From an uncultured Acidimicrobiales bacterium (GTDB lineage Bacteria; Actinomycetota; Acidimicrobiia; Acidimicrobiales; Aldehydirespiratoraceae): a DNA stretch of 64,000 nucleotides. The first letter of the stretch is position 1; every line of letters starts with the position of its first letter. Both the position numbers and the translations under genes were made by a program. Below, piece by piece: positions 47,488 to 58,204 of the stretch. The stretch spans positions 3,124,277-3,188,276 of the forward strand of contig CATQHS010000001.1 in assembly GCA_958296055.1 (NCBI GenBank), read 5' to 3'. A model generated the notes under the pieces. That model worked only from the letters and a program-made list of their open reading frames with translations. It was not told the DNA's origin and ran no database searches.

Positions 47488-48201
47488 ATGACCGGGGCCC
47501 ACCCCCTCTTGGACATCCAGCGGCTCGACACCGAGGCCGACCAGCACCGTTACCGGCGGGACAACCTGGCCGAGCGACCCGAGCTTGACCAAGCCCGAGC
47601 CGAGCTGTCCCGCCAGCAGCAGCGCATCGACGCCACCGCCCTGGAGCGGGTCGAGGCGGTAACCCGCCACAAGCGGCTCGAGGACGAGGCCGCCATCGTC
47701 GAGGCCAAGGCCGACCGTGACGACAACCGCCTTTACTCCGGCGAGATCCAGAGCCTGAGGGACCTCCGAGCCCTCCAGGACGAGATAGCCGGCCTGCGAT
47801 CTCGCCAGAGCGACTTGGAGGACAGGGCCATCGAGGCCATTGAAGAGGCCGAGAAGCTGGACGAGCAGATGTCGGAGCTGGAGGAGGCCCGGGCCGCCGC
47901 CGACCGAGAGGTGGGCGAGCTTTCGGCCCGGCTCCAGGAGGCCGAGGCCGGGATCAACGATCAGCTCGAAGCCGTGGCCGAGGCCCGGGCCCGAGCCGCG
48001 GCCGACACCGACCCCGATCTGCTGGCCCGCTACGAGCGGCTGCGGCCGGTGTTCGGCTCCAGCACGGCCGTCTCCTTCGACCCGGCCGGGGGTTGCGGCT
48101 GTCCCAGCGCCATGCCGGCCGTCGAGTTCGACCGGGTCAAGCGCTGCCCGCCCGGGTCGGTCCTCGACTGCGAGGAGTGCGGCCGCATCGTCCTGCGCTG
48201 A
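47488..48201 (+). CDS. coiled-coil protein with a C-terminal C4 zinc ribbon (COG1579/DUF164 type)
   Basis: 237 aa. Long Glu/Arg/Ala-rich helical region, then CGC...CEECGRIVL. Such genes commonly lie near rnpB in actinobacteria. Confidence 0.7.
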   Translation: MTGAHPLLDIQRLDTEADQHRYRRDNLAERPELDQARAELSRQQQRIDATALERVEAVTRHKRLEDEAAIVEAKADRDDNRLYSGEIQSLRDLRALQDEIAGLRSRQSDLEDRAIEAIEEAEKLDEQMSELEEARAAADREVGELSARLQEAEAGINDQLEAVAEARARAAADTDPDLLARYERLRPVFGSSTAVSFDPAGGCGCPSAMPAVEFDRVKRCPPGSVLDCEECGRIVLR

Positions 48202-48246
48202 GGGTCGGGGTGTTTCTGGGGTTCCCGGCCGGCGCTGAGGGTCGGG

Positions 48247-48777
48247 GTGTTGCCGTGGTTCTTGGCCAGCGCTGAGGGGTTGAAGATGTTTCTGTGGTTT
48301 TTGGCCTGCGGGGTGCTGGTGGTGCTGTTCGTGTTCGACAGCGCCGCGGTCGACTACCGGTTCGTGGCCGCCGGATCGGTGCTGCCCCTGGCCGAGACGG
48401 CAACGGGCTCGCCGTGGCTGCTGCACACGCTGCTGGGCGCCGCCGCCCTGCTGGGGCTGGTGATGGCGGCCACCGCCGGCCGGGGTCGGCGGCTGACCCG
48501 CCGCCGCTGGCTCGGGGTGCCCATCGGGGTTCTGGTGTTTTTGGCCGCCAGCGGGTCTTGGTCGCGCGCCGCCTTGTTCTGGTGGCCCCTGGGCGGCGCC
48601 GGGGGCGTGGGCCAGGGTCCGCCGCCCGAGCTGGATCGGCCCCTAGGGGTGATCCTGGCGCTGGAGGCGGCGGGCCTGGCCGCCATGGCGTGGCTGGCGC
48701 GCCGGCACGGGCTGACCGACCGGAGCCGTCTCCGCGCCCTGTGGGCCACCGGCCGCCTGCCTCGCCCGGCCCGCTGA
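48247..48777 (+). CDS. hypothetical integral membrane protein
   Basis: Four to five hydrophobic segments. Start uncertain (M at 48286 is also possible). No family recognised. Confidence 0.45.
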   Translation: MLPWFLASAEGLKMFLWFLACGVLVVLFVFDSAAVDYRFVAAGSVLPLAETATGSPWLLHTLLGAAALLGLVMAATAGRGRRLTRRRWLGVPIGVLVFLAASGSWSRAALFWWPLGGAGGVGQGPPPELDRPLGVILALEAAGLAAMAWLARRHGLTDRSRLRALWATGRLPRPAR

Positions 48778-48839
48778 TCCGCCCGGCCCGCGCCGCGGGG
48801 TCCTGACCGTCTGCGGACCGACTCGATCCTCATCTGGCC

Positions 48840-49904
48840 TTATCTGGCCTCATCCGGGGGGATCGGCGGGCGGTGCATGAGATCGGCGGTCCGGCGTTCG
48901 AGCTCGTCGAGCACTCCGAACACCTCCGGCACCTCCCAGACCGCGACCGAGGGCGCGGCGCCGACGGTGAAGCCGGCCCGGCGGATCACCCCGGCGTCGG
49001 CCAGGGCGCTGAACAGCCGGCGCCGGGACCTCTCCGGCATCTGAGTGGCCGACTCGAACTGCGGCGTCGTGAACGCCGGGTTGCCGAGCAGCCAGGGCAG
49101 CAGGACCTCCCGGTCCGCGCCCGGGGAATGCCCGCGCATCCGGTGGCTCCAGGCCTCCATGACCGCCGACGAGCGGTCGGTTGCTTCGGCCAGGGCCGTG
49201 GCCGCCGCCCGCAGCCCGCGGGCGTGGATGCGGATGGACTCCCCGGCGCCTTCGAGGCGGTAGGCGTCGAGAGACCGGTAATACTCGTCCCTGGTCGCCA
49301 TCAGCCCCGATGACAGGGGAACGCACGGGAGGCCCTGCCGCCGCAGCAGCGCCTGCGTGAGGGCCCGGCCGGTCCGCCCGTTGCCGTCCAAGAAGGGATG
49401 GACGCTCTCGAACTGGGCGTGCGCCACCCCGATCTTGACGATCGGATGGATGTCGTCGCGGTTCACGAAGGCGGCCAGGTCCTTCAACAATCCGGGGACG
49501 CGCTCAGGCGGCGGGGGAACGTATACGGCGCCCACCGGCGAGTGATCGCTGCCGCCGATCCAGTTCTGCTCCTGCCTGAGGCGACCGGCGAAGCTCTCCT
49601 CGGCCATGGTCAGGCGGTGGATGCCCAGAATCCAGTCCACCCCAACCGTCTCGCCGGGATGCGATCCGTCCAGAACTCGGGCCAGGGCCGCCAGGTTGTG
49701 AGCCGTGAGCCGCGCCCCCTCCTTGGCCCGGCCGCCGGCCACGGCGATGGACAGGTTCCTGGCGTTGGTTCGGATGCCCTCGATGAGCGAGGAGTTGACC
49801 GCTTCGCTTCGCAGCAGGAGCCTCTCGTTGACCGTGACCGTCATGGCCCGGCTGCCGGCCTCCTCCAGCGCGAACAAGGCCGGACCGGCCAACGGACCGG
49901 CCAA
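48840..49904 (-). CDS. Fic family protein (AMPylase-type) with an N-terminal autoinhibitory helix
   Basis: Canonical Fic motif HPFLDGNGRTGR and an upstream S-x-x-x-E-G match (SSLIEG). Confidence 0.85.
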   Translation of the reverse strand: MAGPLAGPALFALEEAGSRAMTVTVNERLLLRSEAVNSSLIEGIRTNARNLSIAVAGGRAKEGARLTAHNLAALARVLDGSHPGETVGVDWILGIHRLTMAEESFAGRLRQEQNWIGGSDHSPVGAVYVPPPPERVPGLLKDLAAFVNRDDIHPIVKIGVAHAQFESVHPFLDGNGRTGRALTQALLRRQGLPCVPLSSGLMATRDEYYRSLDAYRLEGAGESIRIHARGLRAAATALAEATDRSSAVMEAWSHRMRGHSPGADREVLLPWLLGNPAFTTPQFESATQMPERSRRRLFSALADAGVIRRAGFTVGAAPSVAVWEVPEVFGVLDELERRTADLMHRPPIPPDEAR

Positions 49905-49982
49905 CTGGACCGGGCCAGGTCAGGGGCCGGCGTCGATCCCGGCCGCGGGCCGAAGCCCTCGGCATCTGGCCGGGGCGGTGGC

Positions 49983-50325
<343 letters not shown>

Positions 50326-50518
50326 GCCACCGCTCACCAGTGTGCCGGGGTGGGGGCCGTTCGCGCCCCCAGTCTCAGCCCCGGCTCGACGTAGCGCACC
50401 CGATAGGCCAGGGCCACCGGCCGTTCGCAGCCCCAGTCTCAGCCCCGGCCGGACCGGCTAGGTCTCGGGCCGGGTTATTCTGCCCGGGTGTGCCGGAGGA
50501 GCGGGGCGAGGTGAGGCC

Positions 50519-51559
50519 GTGAGCACTTTGGACGAACACGGCGGCTGGCCCGGGGTGCTGGGGGCCCTGACCGGCGGAGAGCCCATCGGCGCCGACGCCG
50601 CCCGGGCCGCGCTCGGCGCCGTTCTGGCCGGCGAAGCCACCGACGCCCAGATCGCCGGGTTCATCGTGGCCATGAAGTCGAAAGGGGAGACCGCCGAGGA
50701 GCTGCGCGGCCTGGTGGAGGCCATGTGCGAGGCGGCCGTGCCCCTGGATCTGCCGCCGGAGACCATCGACATAGTGGGCACCGGGGGCTCTCCCGGCCGC
50801 CGCGCCGGCGCCCTGAACGTGTCGACCATGGCCTCGGTGGTGGCGGCCGGGGCTGGCGCAACGGTGTGCAAGCACGGCAACAACCGGGCCTCGTCCACCT
50901 CGGGGAGCTTCGACCTGCTGGAGGCCCTGGGCGCGGCCGTCGGCGTGGGTCCCGACGAGCTGAGGGAGCAGGTCCGCGACATCGGCCTGGGGTTCGCCTA
51001 CGCCCGGTCGTACCACCCGGCCATGCGCAACGTGGCCGGGGTGCGGACCGAGTTGGGCATCCCCAGCGTGTTCAACCTCTTGGGCCCCCTGTCGCACCCG
51101 GGCCAGGTCCGCCGCCAGGTGGTGGGGGTGGCCGACCCGGACCGGGCCCGGCGGGTGGCCGAGGTGCTCCGCGACACCGGGTCGGAGCGGTCGATGGTGG
51201 TACACGGGCACGGCCCGCTGGACGAGCTGAGCCTCACCGGGCCCTCGGTGGTGACGGAGCTGGACGGCGGCCGGATCCGGTCCTACGAGGTGAGCCCGGC
51301 CGACGCCGGTCTGGCCCCGGCCGCGCCCGAAGATCTGCGCGGCGGCGACGCCGCGGTCAACGCCGCGGTGCTCAGCGACATCCTGGCCGGCGGCGGGGGC
51401 GCCTGCCGCGACATCGTGGTGCTCAACGCCGGGGCCGGGCTGATGGTGGCCGGAATGGCCGACGACCTCCGGTCGGGTGCCGAGGCGGCCGCGGCCGCCA
51501 TCGACGACGGCCGGGCCGCCGCCAAGCTCGAAGCTCTGGTTTCGTCGGCCGGCAGTTGA
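50519..51559 (+). CDS. trpD: anthranilate phosphoribosyltransferase
   Basis: 346 aa. ATDAQIAGFIVAMKSKGET, DIVGTGG, KHGNNRASSTSGSFDLLEALG, HPAMRNVAGVRTELG. Confidence 0.88.
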   Translation: MSTLDEHGGWPGVLGALTGGEPIGADAARAALGAVLAGEATDAQIAGFIVAMKSKGETAEELRGLVEAMCEAAVPLDLPPETIDIVGTGGSPGRRAGALNVSTMASVVAAGAGATVCKHGNNRASSTSGSFDLLEALGAAVGVGPDELREQVRDIGLGFAYARSYHPAMRNVAGVRTELGIPSVFNLLGPLSHPGQVRRQVVGVADPDRARRVAEVLRDTGSERSMVVHGHGPLDELSLTGPSVVTELDGGRIRSYEVSPADAGLAPAAPEDLRGGDAAVNAAVLSDILAGGGGACRDIVVLNAGAGLMVAGMADDLRSGAEAAAAAIDDGRAAAKLEALVSSAGS

Positions 51560-51563
51560 GCCC

Positions 51564-52829
51564 GTGACCATCCCCGCCGCCGCGCTGGTGGCCGTCGGCC
51601 GCCGGGCCGGGCTGGACGCGGTCGGCGTCTGCGACGCCTCGCCGTTCGCGGCCGTGGCCTCCACGCTGCACCGGCGCAAGCGGGACGGCCTGCACGGCGG
51701 CATGCAGTTCACCTACCGCAACCCGGACCGGTCCGCCGATCCGGCCCGCACCCTCCCCGGCGCCACCGCGCTGGTGGTCGGCGCCCTCGACTTCCACCGG
51801 GAGGCGCCGCCCCGGCCGACTGGCGGGGGGCCCCACGCCCGGGTGGCGTCCTATCACTGGGCCGACAACTACGGGCCCCTGCGGGCCGGGCTGGAAGAGG
51901 TGGCGGAGTTCCTGCGCGCCGGCGGCCATCGGGCGGTGGTCTCCAGCGACGAGAACAGCCTGGTGGACCGGGCCGCGGCCCACCGGGCCGGGATCGGCTG
52001 GTGGGGCAAGAGCACCAACATCCTGGTCCGGGGGGCGGGCAGCATGGTGGTGCTGGGCTCGGTCATCACCGACGCCCCCGTCGAGTTCGCCCAGCCCGAG
52101 CCGGTCCCCGACGGGTGCGGCCCGTGCCGCCGGTGCCTGGACGAGTGCCCCACCGGCGCCCTCGTCGCCCCCGGGGTGCTGGACGCCCGCCGGTGCCTGG
52201 CCTGGCTGGTCCAAGCCGACGGGGTGTTCGACCCCGATTTCCGGGTCGCCCTCGGCGACCGACTGTACGGGTGCGACGACTGCCAGGAGGCGTGCCCCCC
52301 CAACCGGGTCCGCCTCCGCCGCCCGGCCCGTCCTGGCCGGGGCGCGGCCCCAAAGGGCGAGGATCCGGTTGGGCGGGACCGGGCGGGGGAGGCGCCGACG
52401 GGCGGAGAACCGGGGGTCGAGGCCTGGGTGCCGCTGCTGGAGGTGCTGGCCGCCGCCGACGAGGAGCTGCTGGAACGCTTCGGCCGGTGGTACATCCCCC
52501 GCCGCCAGCCCCGCTACCTGCGCCGCAACGCGCTGGTGGTGCTGGCCAACGTAGGAGACGGGGCCGACCCCCGAGTCCGGGATGGGGTGGATCGGGCCCT
52601 GGGCGACCCCGATCCGCTGATCCGGGCCCACGCGGTGTGGTGCGCCCGCCGGCTCGGGCTCGGGCTGGCATCTTTGCGCGGCGCCGACGACCCGATGGTC
52701 CGAGCCGAACTGCGCCGAGCCGTGCCGCCCCGGAGCCCCGCCGATGACCGAGCCGTGTCGCCCCGGAGGCCGGAGGAGCTGGCGGCCGTGCCGCTGGCGC
52801 CGCGGCCCGGGGCCCGGCCGGGCCGGTGA
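51564..52829 (+). CDS. queG: tRNA epoxyqueuosine(34) reductase
   Basis: YHWADNY, GWWGKSTN, ferredoxin clusters CGPCRRCLDECPTGA and CDDCQEACPPN, and a C-terminal HEAT-like RRNALVVLANVGD...LIRAHAVW. GTG 51564 preferred over the track start. Confidence 0.8.
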   Translation: MTIPAAALVAVGRRAGLDAVGVCDASPFAAVASTLHRRKRDGLHGGMQFTYRNPDRSADPARTLPGATALVVGALDFHREAPPRPTGGGPHARVASYHWADNYGPLRAGLEEVAEFLRAGGHRAVVSSDENSLVDRAAAHRAGIGWWGKSTNILVRGAGSMVVLGSVITDAPVEFAQPEPVPDGCGPCRRCLDECPTGALVAPGVLDARRCLAWLVQADGVFDPDFRVALGDRLYGCDDCQEACPPNRVRLRRPARPGRGAAPKGEDPVGRDRAGEAPTGGEPGVEAWVPLLEVLAAADEELLERFGRWYIPRRQPRYLRRNALVVLANVGDGADPRVRDGVDRALGDPDPLIRAHAVWCARRLGLGLASLRGADDPMVRAELRRAVPPRSPADDRAVSPRRPEELAAVPLAPRPGARPGR

Positions 52830-53953
52830 CCCGGCACCTGCTGGTAACCAACGACTTCCCGCCCAAGATCGGCGGCATCCAGAGCTACCTGTGGGAACTG
52901 TGGCGGCGCCTGCCCGCCGACGAGGTGATGGTCCACACCACCCCCCACCGGGCTGCAGCCGGCTTCGACCGGGCCCAGGACTTCAAGGTGATCCGCTCGC
53001 CCGAGCCGTGGCTGGCGCCCGGGCCCCACCTGGTGCGCCGGGTCAACCGGCTGGCCGCCGAGCACGGCGCCGACTTGGTGGTCATCGACCCGGCCGTGCC
53101 CGCCGGGCTCATCGGCCCCCACCTCGAGCGGCCCTACGCCGTGGTGGTGCACGGGGCCGAGACGGCCGTGCCGGGCCGGGCGCCGGGCGTGCGGCGGCTG
53201 CTGGGCCGGGTGCTGGCCGGGGCGGTCGGGGTGGTGGCCGCGGGCGAATACCCCGCCGACGAGGCCGAGCGGGCCGCGGGCCGCAGCCTCCCCGTGGCGG
53301 TGATCCCGCCCGGGGTCGACACCGAACGCATCCGGCCCCCCGACGACCGGGCCCGGGCCGCGGCCCGACAGCGGTTCGGCATCGACGAACACGCCCCCGC
53401 CGTGGTCAGCGTGTCCCGGCTGGTGCCCCGCAAGGGGATGGACACGCTGGTGCGGGCCGCCGCCGTTTTGGCCCCCTACTGGCCCGACCTGCGGGTGCTG
53501 ATCGCCGGGGAGGGCCGGGACCGGGGCCGGATCGCCCGGCTGGCCGAGGGCCTCGGGGCCCCGGTCCGGCTCCTGGGCCGGGTGCCCGAGGCTGATCTCG
53601 GAGACCTCTACGGGTGCGCCGACGTGTTCGCCATGCTGTGCCGGACCCGCTGGGGCGGGCTCGAGCAGGAGGGGTTCGGGATCGTCTTCTTGGAGGCGGC
53701 CGCGGCCGGGGTGGCCCAGGTGGCCGGGCGCAGCGGGGGCGCGGCCGAGGCGGTGGCCCACGGCGAGACCGGAATAGTCCTGGAGGAGACCGGCCCGGCC
53801 GCCGCCGCCCGGGCCATCGGCGAGCTCATCGGCGACGACCGGCGCCGGCGATCCATGGGGGCCGCGGCCCGGCGCCGGGCGGAGGGGGCCTTCTCCTACG
53901 ACTCCCTGGCCCGCAAGCTGCGCGGCGCCCTCGACGCCATGGCCGCCCGGTAA
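52826..53953 (+). CDS. glycosyltransferase family 4 (PimB-like mannosyltransferase type)
   Basis: 375 aa. N-terminus LLVTNDFPPKIGGIQ and the GT4 E-x7-E region EQEGFGIVFLEAAAAGV. GTGA overlap with queG. Confidence 0.8.
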   Translation: MTRHLLVTNDFPPKIGGIQSYLWELWRRLPADEVMVHTTPHRAAAGFDRAQDFKVIRSPEPWLAPGPHLVRRVNRLAAEHGADLVVIDPAVPAGLIGPHLERPYAVVVHGAETAVPGRAPGVRRLLGRVLAGAVGVVAAGEYPADEAERAAGRSLPVAVIPPGVDTERIRPPDDRARAAARQRFGIDEHAPAVVSVSRLVPRKGMDTLVRAAAVLAPYWPDLRVLIAGEGRDRGRIARLAEGLGAPVRLLGRVPEADLGDLYGCADVFAMLCRTRWGGLEQEGFGIVFLEAAAAGVAQVAGRSGGAAEAVAHGETGIVLEETGPAAAARAIGELIGDDRRRRSMGAAARRRAEGAFSYDSLARKLRGALDAMAAR

Positions 53954-53963
53954 GGTCCCACCC

Positions 53964-54419
53964 GTGGCCGATCAGGCAACCGAGCGCACCACGGTCATGG
54001 CCAGCCCCCGGCAGTGCTTCGACGCGGCCGCCGACTTCGAGCGGTATCCCGAGTGGGCCACCGACGTCAAGCAGGTCCGGGTGCTGAGCCGGGACGACGA
54101 CGGCCTGGCCACCGACGTCGAGTTCCGGGTCTCGGCCATGGCCCGGTCCACCACCTACACCCTGCGTTACTACTACGGGTCCAACCCGCTGCGCATGGCC
54201 TGGCGGCTGCAGCACGGCGACGCCACCCGCCGGCTCGACGGCTCCTACGAGTTCCTGCCCGCCGAGGGCATCCCCGACGCCACCGAGGTGGTGTACAGCC
54301 TCGGCGTCGACTTGGCCGTCCCGCTGCCCGGCTTCCTGGCCCGCCGGGCCGAGGCCCGGATCGTGAGCACCGCCCTCGACGACCTGAAGGCTTACGTGGA
54401 GGCCGGCGTCATCTCCTAG
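53964..54419 (+). CDS. SRPBCC (START/polyketide cyclase-dehydrase) family protein
   Basis: 151 aa. CFDAAADFERYPEWATDVK is a typical pattern. Confidence 0.7.
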   Translation: MADQATERTTVMASPRQCFDAAADFERYPEWATDVKQVRVLSRDDDGLATDVEFRVSAMARSTTYTLRYYYGSNPLRMAWRLQHGDATRRLDGSYEFLPAEGIPDATEVVYSLGVDLAVPLPGFLARRAEARIVSTALDDLKAYVEAGVIS

Positions 54420-54439
54420 GGCGACGTAGACGCACAGCC

Positions 54440-55399
54440 ATGTACTGCGGGTTAGACATCGGGGGGACGAAGGTGCTGGGTCTGGCCATCGACGGCCCCG
54501 GCGCCACCGAGCCGGCCGCGTCCCGGCGCGCCGCCACCGTCTATGACGGCGAGACCATGATCGAGACCGTCGAGGCGGTGGTCGCCGGCCTGGAGTCCGA
54601 CTGCGGCCAGCCCATGGCCGCGGTGGGAGTGGGGGTGGCCGGCATCGTGGACCGGACCGGCACGCTGCGGTACTCGCCCAACATCCCCGGCGTCTTCGAC
54701 CTGCCGGTCCGGGCCCGGCTGGAGGCCGATCTGGCCCGACCGGTGACGGTGGAGAACGACGCCACCGCCGCCGTCTGGGCCGAGATGCGGGTGGGAGCCG
54801 GGCGGGGCCGCCGCCACGTCGCCCTGGTGTCTCTGGGCACCGGGATCGGCACCGGGTTCGTGTTCGACGGGCAGCTTTACCGGGGCTGGAACGGCTTCGC
54901 CGGCGAGTCGGGCCACATGATCATCCAGCACGGCGGACCGGAGCACCTCACCGGCGCCCGGGGCCCGTGGGAGTACTTCGCGTCGGGCCGCGGGCTGGTG
55001 CGGCGGGCCCGGGAGCTGGCCGCGGCGGGCGAGCTGGCCGATCTGGTGGCCGAAGCCGGATCGGCGGAGGCGATCGACGGCGCCCGCGTCCACGCCGCGC
55101 TGGCGGCCGGCGACCCCGCGGCCATGGGCCTGCTTGACGAGCTGTGCCGCTACGCCGGCATCGGGGTGGCCAACCTGGTCCACGTGCTCGACCCCGAGCT
55201 GGTGATCATCTCGGGTGGGGTGGCCGATATCGGCGAGCCCCTGATCCGGGGCATAGAGCGCTGGACCCACGCCCACGTCCTCGGAGGCGATCACCGGCCC
55301 AAGGTTCGGGTGGTGGCCGCCCGCCTCGGGCCCCGGGCGGGCGCCTTCGGGGCGGCGCTGCTGGCCGCCGCCGACTCGGCGGCCGATCCGATCGGGTGA
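54440..55399 (+). CDS. ROK family glucokinase
   Basis: MYCGLDIGGTKV, GAGRGRRHVALVSLGTGIG, GESGHM. The ORF track entry (54014..55399) begins at the first in-frame ATG, well upstream; I take the later in-frame ATG at 54440 as the start. Confidence 0.85.
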   Translation: MYCGLDIGGTKVLGLAIDGPGATEPAASRRAATVYDGETMIETVEAVVAGLESDCGQPMAAVGVGVAGIVDRTGTLRYSPNIPGVFDLPVRARLEADLARPVTVENDATAAVWAEMRVGAGRGRRHVALVSLGTGIGTGFVFDGQLYRGWNGFAGESGHMIIQHGGPEHLTGARGPWEYFASGRGLVRRARELAAAGELADLVAEAGSAEAIDGARVHAALAAGDPAAMGLLDELCRYAGIGVANLVHVLDPELVIISGGVADIGEPLIRGIERWTHAHVLGGDHRPKVRVVAARLGPRAGAFGAALLAAADSAADPIG

Positions 55400-55433
55400 C
55401 CCGCCTGAATGAGTCGGCCGGGGGCCTGTTCGC

Positions 55434-56096
55434 CTAAGCGCCCAGGGAGCTGGGCCCGAACTGCTCGTAGTTGTCGCGGCGCAGCACCGCGCCCGGCTCC
55501 GCGTCGGCGTCGCTGGTCGGGATCGACACCTCGGAGCTGTCGAACAGGATCCGGACGCCGTCGATGCCCTCTATCTCGGTGACGGTGAACACGAGCTGGG
55601 CCGCGGCCAGTTCCAGGGTGTCGGCCGGGGGCGGGTTGTCCTCGGGCGACAGCGGGACGAAGTCGATGGTGGCCACGCCGTCGGCGACCGCGGCTCCGGT
55701 GAGCTCGAACAGTTCCAGGGTGTTGAAGTAGCCCGCGGCCTGCTCTTCGCCGGTGGTGGTCTGGCCGAACAGGGTGGCCAGGATCTCGGTGATCGTCGCC
55801 CCCACCGCCACTTGGCGCACGGTTTCCACCACGATGGTCCGCTCGATGTCGGGGGGGTCGGTCAGCAGGTAGACCGTTTGGGGCTCGGCGATCGGCGCCG
55901 CCGGCGCCGCGGTGGTCGTAGTGGCGGTGAACCCGGGCCGCAGGGTCTCGGGCAGGTCTTCGGGGTCGATGGCCCGGGCCGCCTCGTCGGTGGGTATGCC
56001 GCAGGCCCCGGCCAGCGCGGCCGCGGCCACGACCAGCGCGGCCAGGAGGCGGCCCGCGGCCCTCTCGGCGCCGGGGGTCGGGAACCGGCCGGTCAC
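55434..56096 (-). CDS. GerMN-domain lipoprotein in the LpqB position (much shorter than LpqB)
   Basis: Lipobox LAGACG. The GTG start overlaps the kinase stop (GTGA). About 220 aa, sited downstream of mtrB. Confidence 0.6.
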   Translation of the reverse strand: MTGRFPTPGAERAAGRLLAALVVAAAALAGACGIPTDEAARAIDPEDLPETLRPGFTATTTTAAPAAPIAEPQTVYLLTDPPDIERTIVVETVRQVAVGATITEILATLFGQTTTGEEQAAGYFNTLELFELTGAAVADGVATIDFVPLSPEDNPPPADTLELAAAQLVFTVTEIEGIDGVRILFDSSEVSIPTSDADAEPGAVLRRDNYEQFGPSSLGA

Positions 56097-57520
56097 GACC
56101 AGTCCTCCTCGTCGGCCAGAACCGGGAGTTCCACCACGAAGCGGGCGCCGGAGGCGCCGCCGGGGCGTTCCTCGGCCCACACCCGGCCCCCGTGCAGGTC
56201 TACGTGCTCGGCCACTAGGGCCAGACCCAGGCCGGAGCCGGCGGCCCGGCCCCGGCGTCCGCTGAGCCGGCCCCGGTTGAACCGGTTGAAGATGACCTTG
56301 CGCTCCTCGGCCGCCACTCCCGGACCGTCGTCCTCGACGCTCAGCAGAACCTGGTTCGGCCTGCGCTCGATGCCCACCACGATTTCGCTTCTCCCGTACT
56401 TGGCCGCGTTGTCGATGAGGTTGGACACCACTTGGGCCAGCCGGCGTTTGTCGGCCGACAGAGTCGTCCCGTCGGCGGCGGGGTCCGGCGCGAAGTCCAC
56501 GTCGGCGCGGCTCTGGCTGGCGATGGCCTGCTGCACGAACTCCACCACGTCTATGGACTCGTTGTGCAGAGCGGCGGTGCCGACGTCGTAGCGGCTTATC
56601 TCCAGCAGGTCCTCGACGAGCTGGTTGAACCGGGCTATGTCGGCGGCCAGCAGGTCCAGTGCGGTGCGGCCCCGCTCGCTCAGCTCGCCGCGGCTGTTGG
56701 CCAGCACCTCCACGGAGGCGATCAGCGTCATCAGGGGCGACCGCAGCTCGTGGCTCACCTCCGATGCGAAGCGGTTGTCGCGCTCGATGCGGTCCTCGAG
56801 GGCCTGGGCCATCTCGTTGAACGAGGCGCTAAGCGAGGCCAGGTCGGCGTCCGACGGCGATTCGAGCCGGGTGTCCAGCGCCCCGGCGGCCAGGGACTCG
56901 GCCGCGGCCCTCACCTCGGCCAGGGGTTTCAGCATCCGCCGGACCGCCCACCAGCCGGTGGCCGCGGCCAGCAGGGTGGTGACGGCGGCCACGCCGAACA
57001 AGATGGCGGCCAAAGCATCGAGGGTGTCCTGGATGTCGTCGAGCGGAGCGGCCTCGTAGTAGATCGCCTCTGGGCCCGATCCCTGGATCGAGACGGCCGA
57101 GACAATGGCCGTCCGGCCCCCGATGGTGGCGCGCATCCGGCCGGGCGTGCCGGCCACGACCAGCTCCCGCAAGGGGGCGGGCACTGACTCGCCGTCGAAC
57201 ACCAGAGGCTCGGCCGCAGTCCAGGTGTCCTCCACGAACAGCAGCGGGAACGTGCCCGAGGCCTGGCCCAGGCGCTCGACGATGGCCCGCCGGCCCTCGT
57301 CGTCGGTCTCGGCTGTCAGCTCGTTGCGCACCCGGCGGCCGTTGTTGACGAACACCGTGAACGAGGTCTCCTCCCGCTCCTCGAGGAGGTTCTGGCGGGT
57401 CAGGGCCAGGGTGGCCACCGAGATGGTGCTGGACAGCGCCAGACCGCCCAGGGCGAAGGTGAGGGTGATGCGGGCCCGGAGGCCGAGCTGGCTGGTCCGG
57501 GCCGGGGTCGGCGGGCGCAC
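56093..57520 (-). CDS. mtrB: sensor histidine kinase, MtrB-like
   Basis: Two TM segments, a HAMP region, H-box FASEVSHELRSPL, N-box NLIDNAAKY, and G-boxes DDGPGV and GSGLGLA. Confidence 0.85.
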   Translation of the reverse strand: MRPPTPARTSQLGLRARITLTFALGGLALSSTISVATLALTRQNLLEEREETSFTVFVNNGRRVRNELTAETDDEGRRAIVERLGQASGTFPLLFVEDTWTAAEPLVFDGESVPAPLRELVVAGTPGRMRATIGGRTAIVSAVSIQGSGPEAIYYEAAPLDDIQDTLDALAAILFGVAAVTTLLAAATGWWAVRRMLKPLAEVRAAAESLAAGALDTRLESPSDADLASLSASFNEMAQALEDRIERDNRFASEVSHELRSPLMTLIASVEVLANSRGELSERGRTALDLLAADIARFNQLVEDLLEISRYDVGTAALHNESIDVVEFVQQAIASQSRADVDFAPDPAADGTTLSADKRRLAQVVSNLIDNAAKYGRSEIVVGIERRPNQVLLSVEDDGPGVAAEERKVIFNRFNRGRLSGRRGRAAGSGLGLALVAEHVDLHGGRVWAEERPGGASGARFVVELPVLADEEDWS

Positions 57521-57523
57521 GCC

Positions 57524-58204
57524 TCAGCCCTGAAGCTTGTAGCCCAGACCCCGGACGGTGATCACGTGGCGGGGATTGGCCGGGTCGGGCTCGATCTTGG
57601 TGCGCAGTCGGCGGACGTGGACGTCGACTAGGCGGCCGTCCCCGAAATAGCCGTGGCCCCACACCTGGTCGAGCAGGATCTCCCGGCTCAGCACCCGGCC
57701 GGGGCTGGACCCTAGCTCCACCAAGAGCCGGAACTCGGTCTTGGTGAGGTGCACCTCGGCGTCGCGCACCTTCACCACGCCCTCCTCGGGGAAGATCTCC
57801 AAGTCGCCGAAGACGAAGTGGCGGGTGCCCGCCTCGGAGGTGCGCACCCGCCGGAGCAGGGCCCGGATGCGGGCCGACAGCTCCTTGGGCGCGAATGGTT
57901 TGGTGAGGTAGTCGTCGGCCCCGGCTTCGAGCCCGGCCACCACGTCGTGGGTGTCGACCCGGGCCGTGACCATCACGATGGGCACGTCGCTGATCCGCCG
58001 GATCGACCGGCAGACGTCGAACCCGTTGATGCCGGGCAGCATGATGTCGATCAGCACCACGTCGGCCGGGGCCCTGGTGAAGGCGGTGAGCGCCTCCTCT
58101 CCGGAGGCCGACTCCTCTACCTCCCAGCCCTCGTCCTCTAAGGCGAGGCGGACGGCGGTGCGGATCAGCTCGTCGTCCTCGACGGCGAGGATCTTGGTGC
58201 TCAC
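57524..58204 (-). CDS. mtrA: OmpR-family response regulator, MtrA-like
   Basis: ILAVEDDE...DVVLIDIMLPGINGFDVCRSIR...VPIVMVTARVDTHDVVAGLEAGADDYLTKPFAPKELSARIRALLRR closely parallels MtrA as I remember it. A winged-helix C-terminus follows. GTG 58204 taken as the start. Confidence 0.88.
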   Translation of the reverse strand: MSTKILAVEDDELIRTAVRLALEDEGWEVEESASGEEALTAFTRAPADVVLIDIMLPGINGFDVCRSIRRISDVPIVMVTARVDTHDVVAGLEAGADDYLTKPFAPKELSARIRALLRRVRTSEAGTRHFVFGDLEIFPEEGVVKVRDAEVHLTKTEFRLLVELGSSPGRVLSREILLDQVWGHGYFGDGRLVDVHVRRLRTKIEPDPANPRHVITVRGLGYKLQG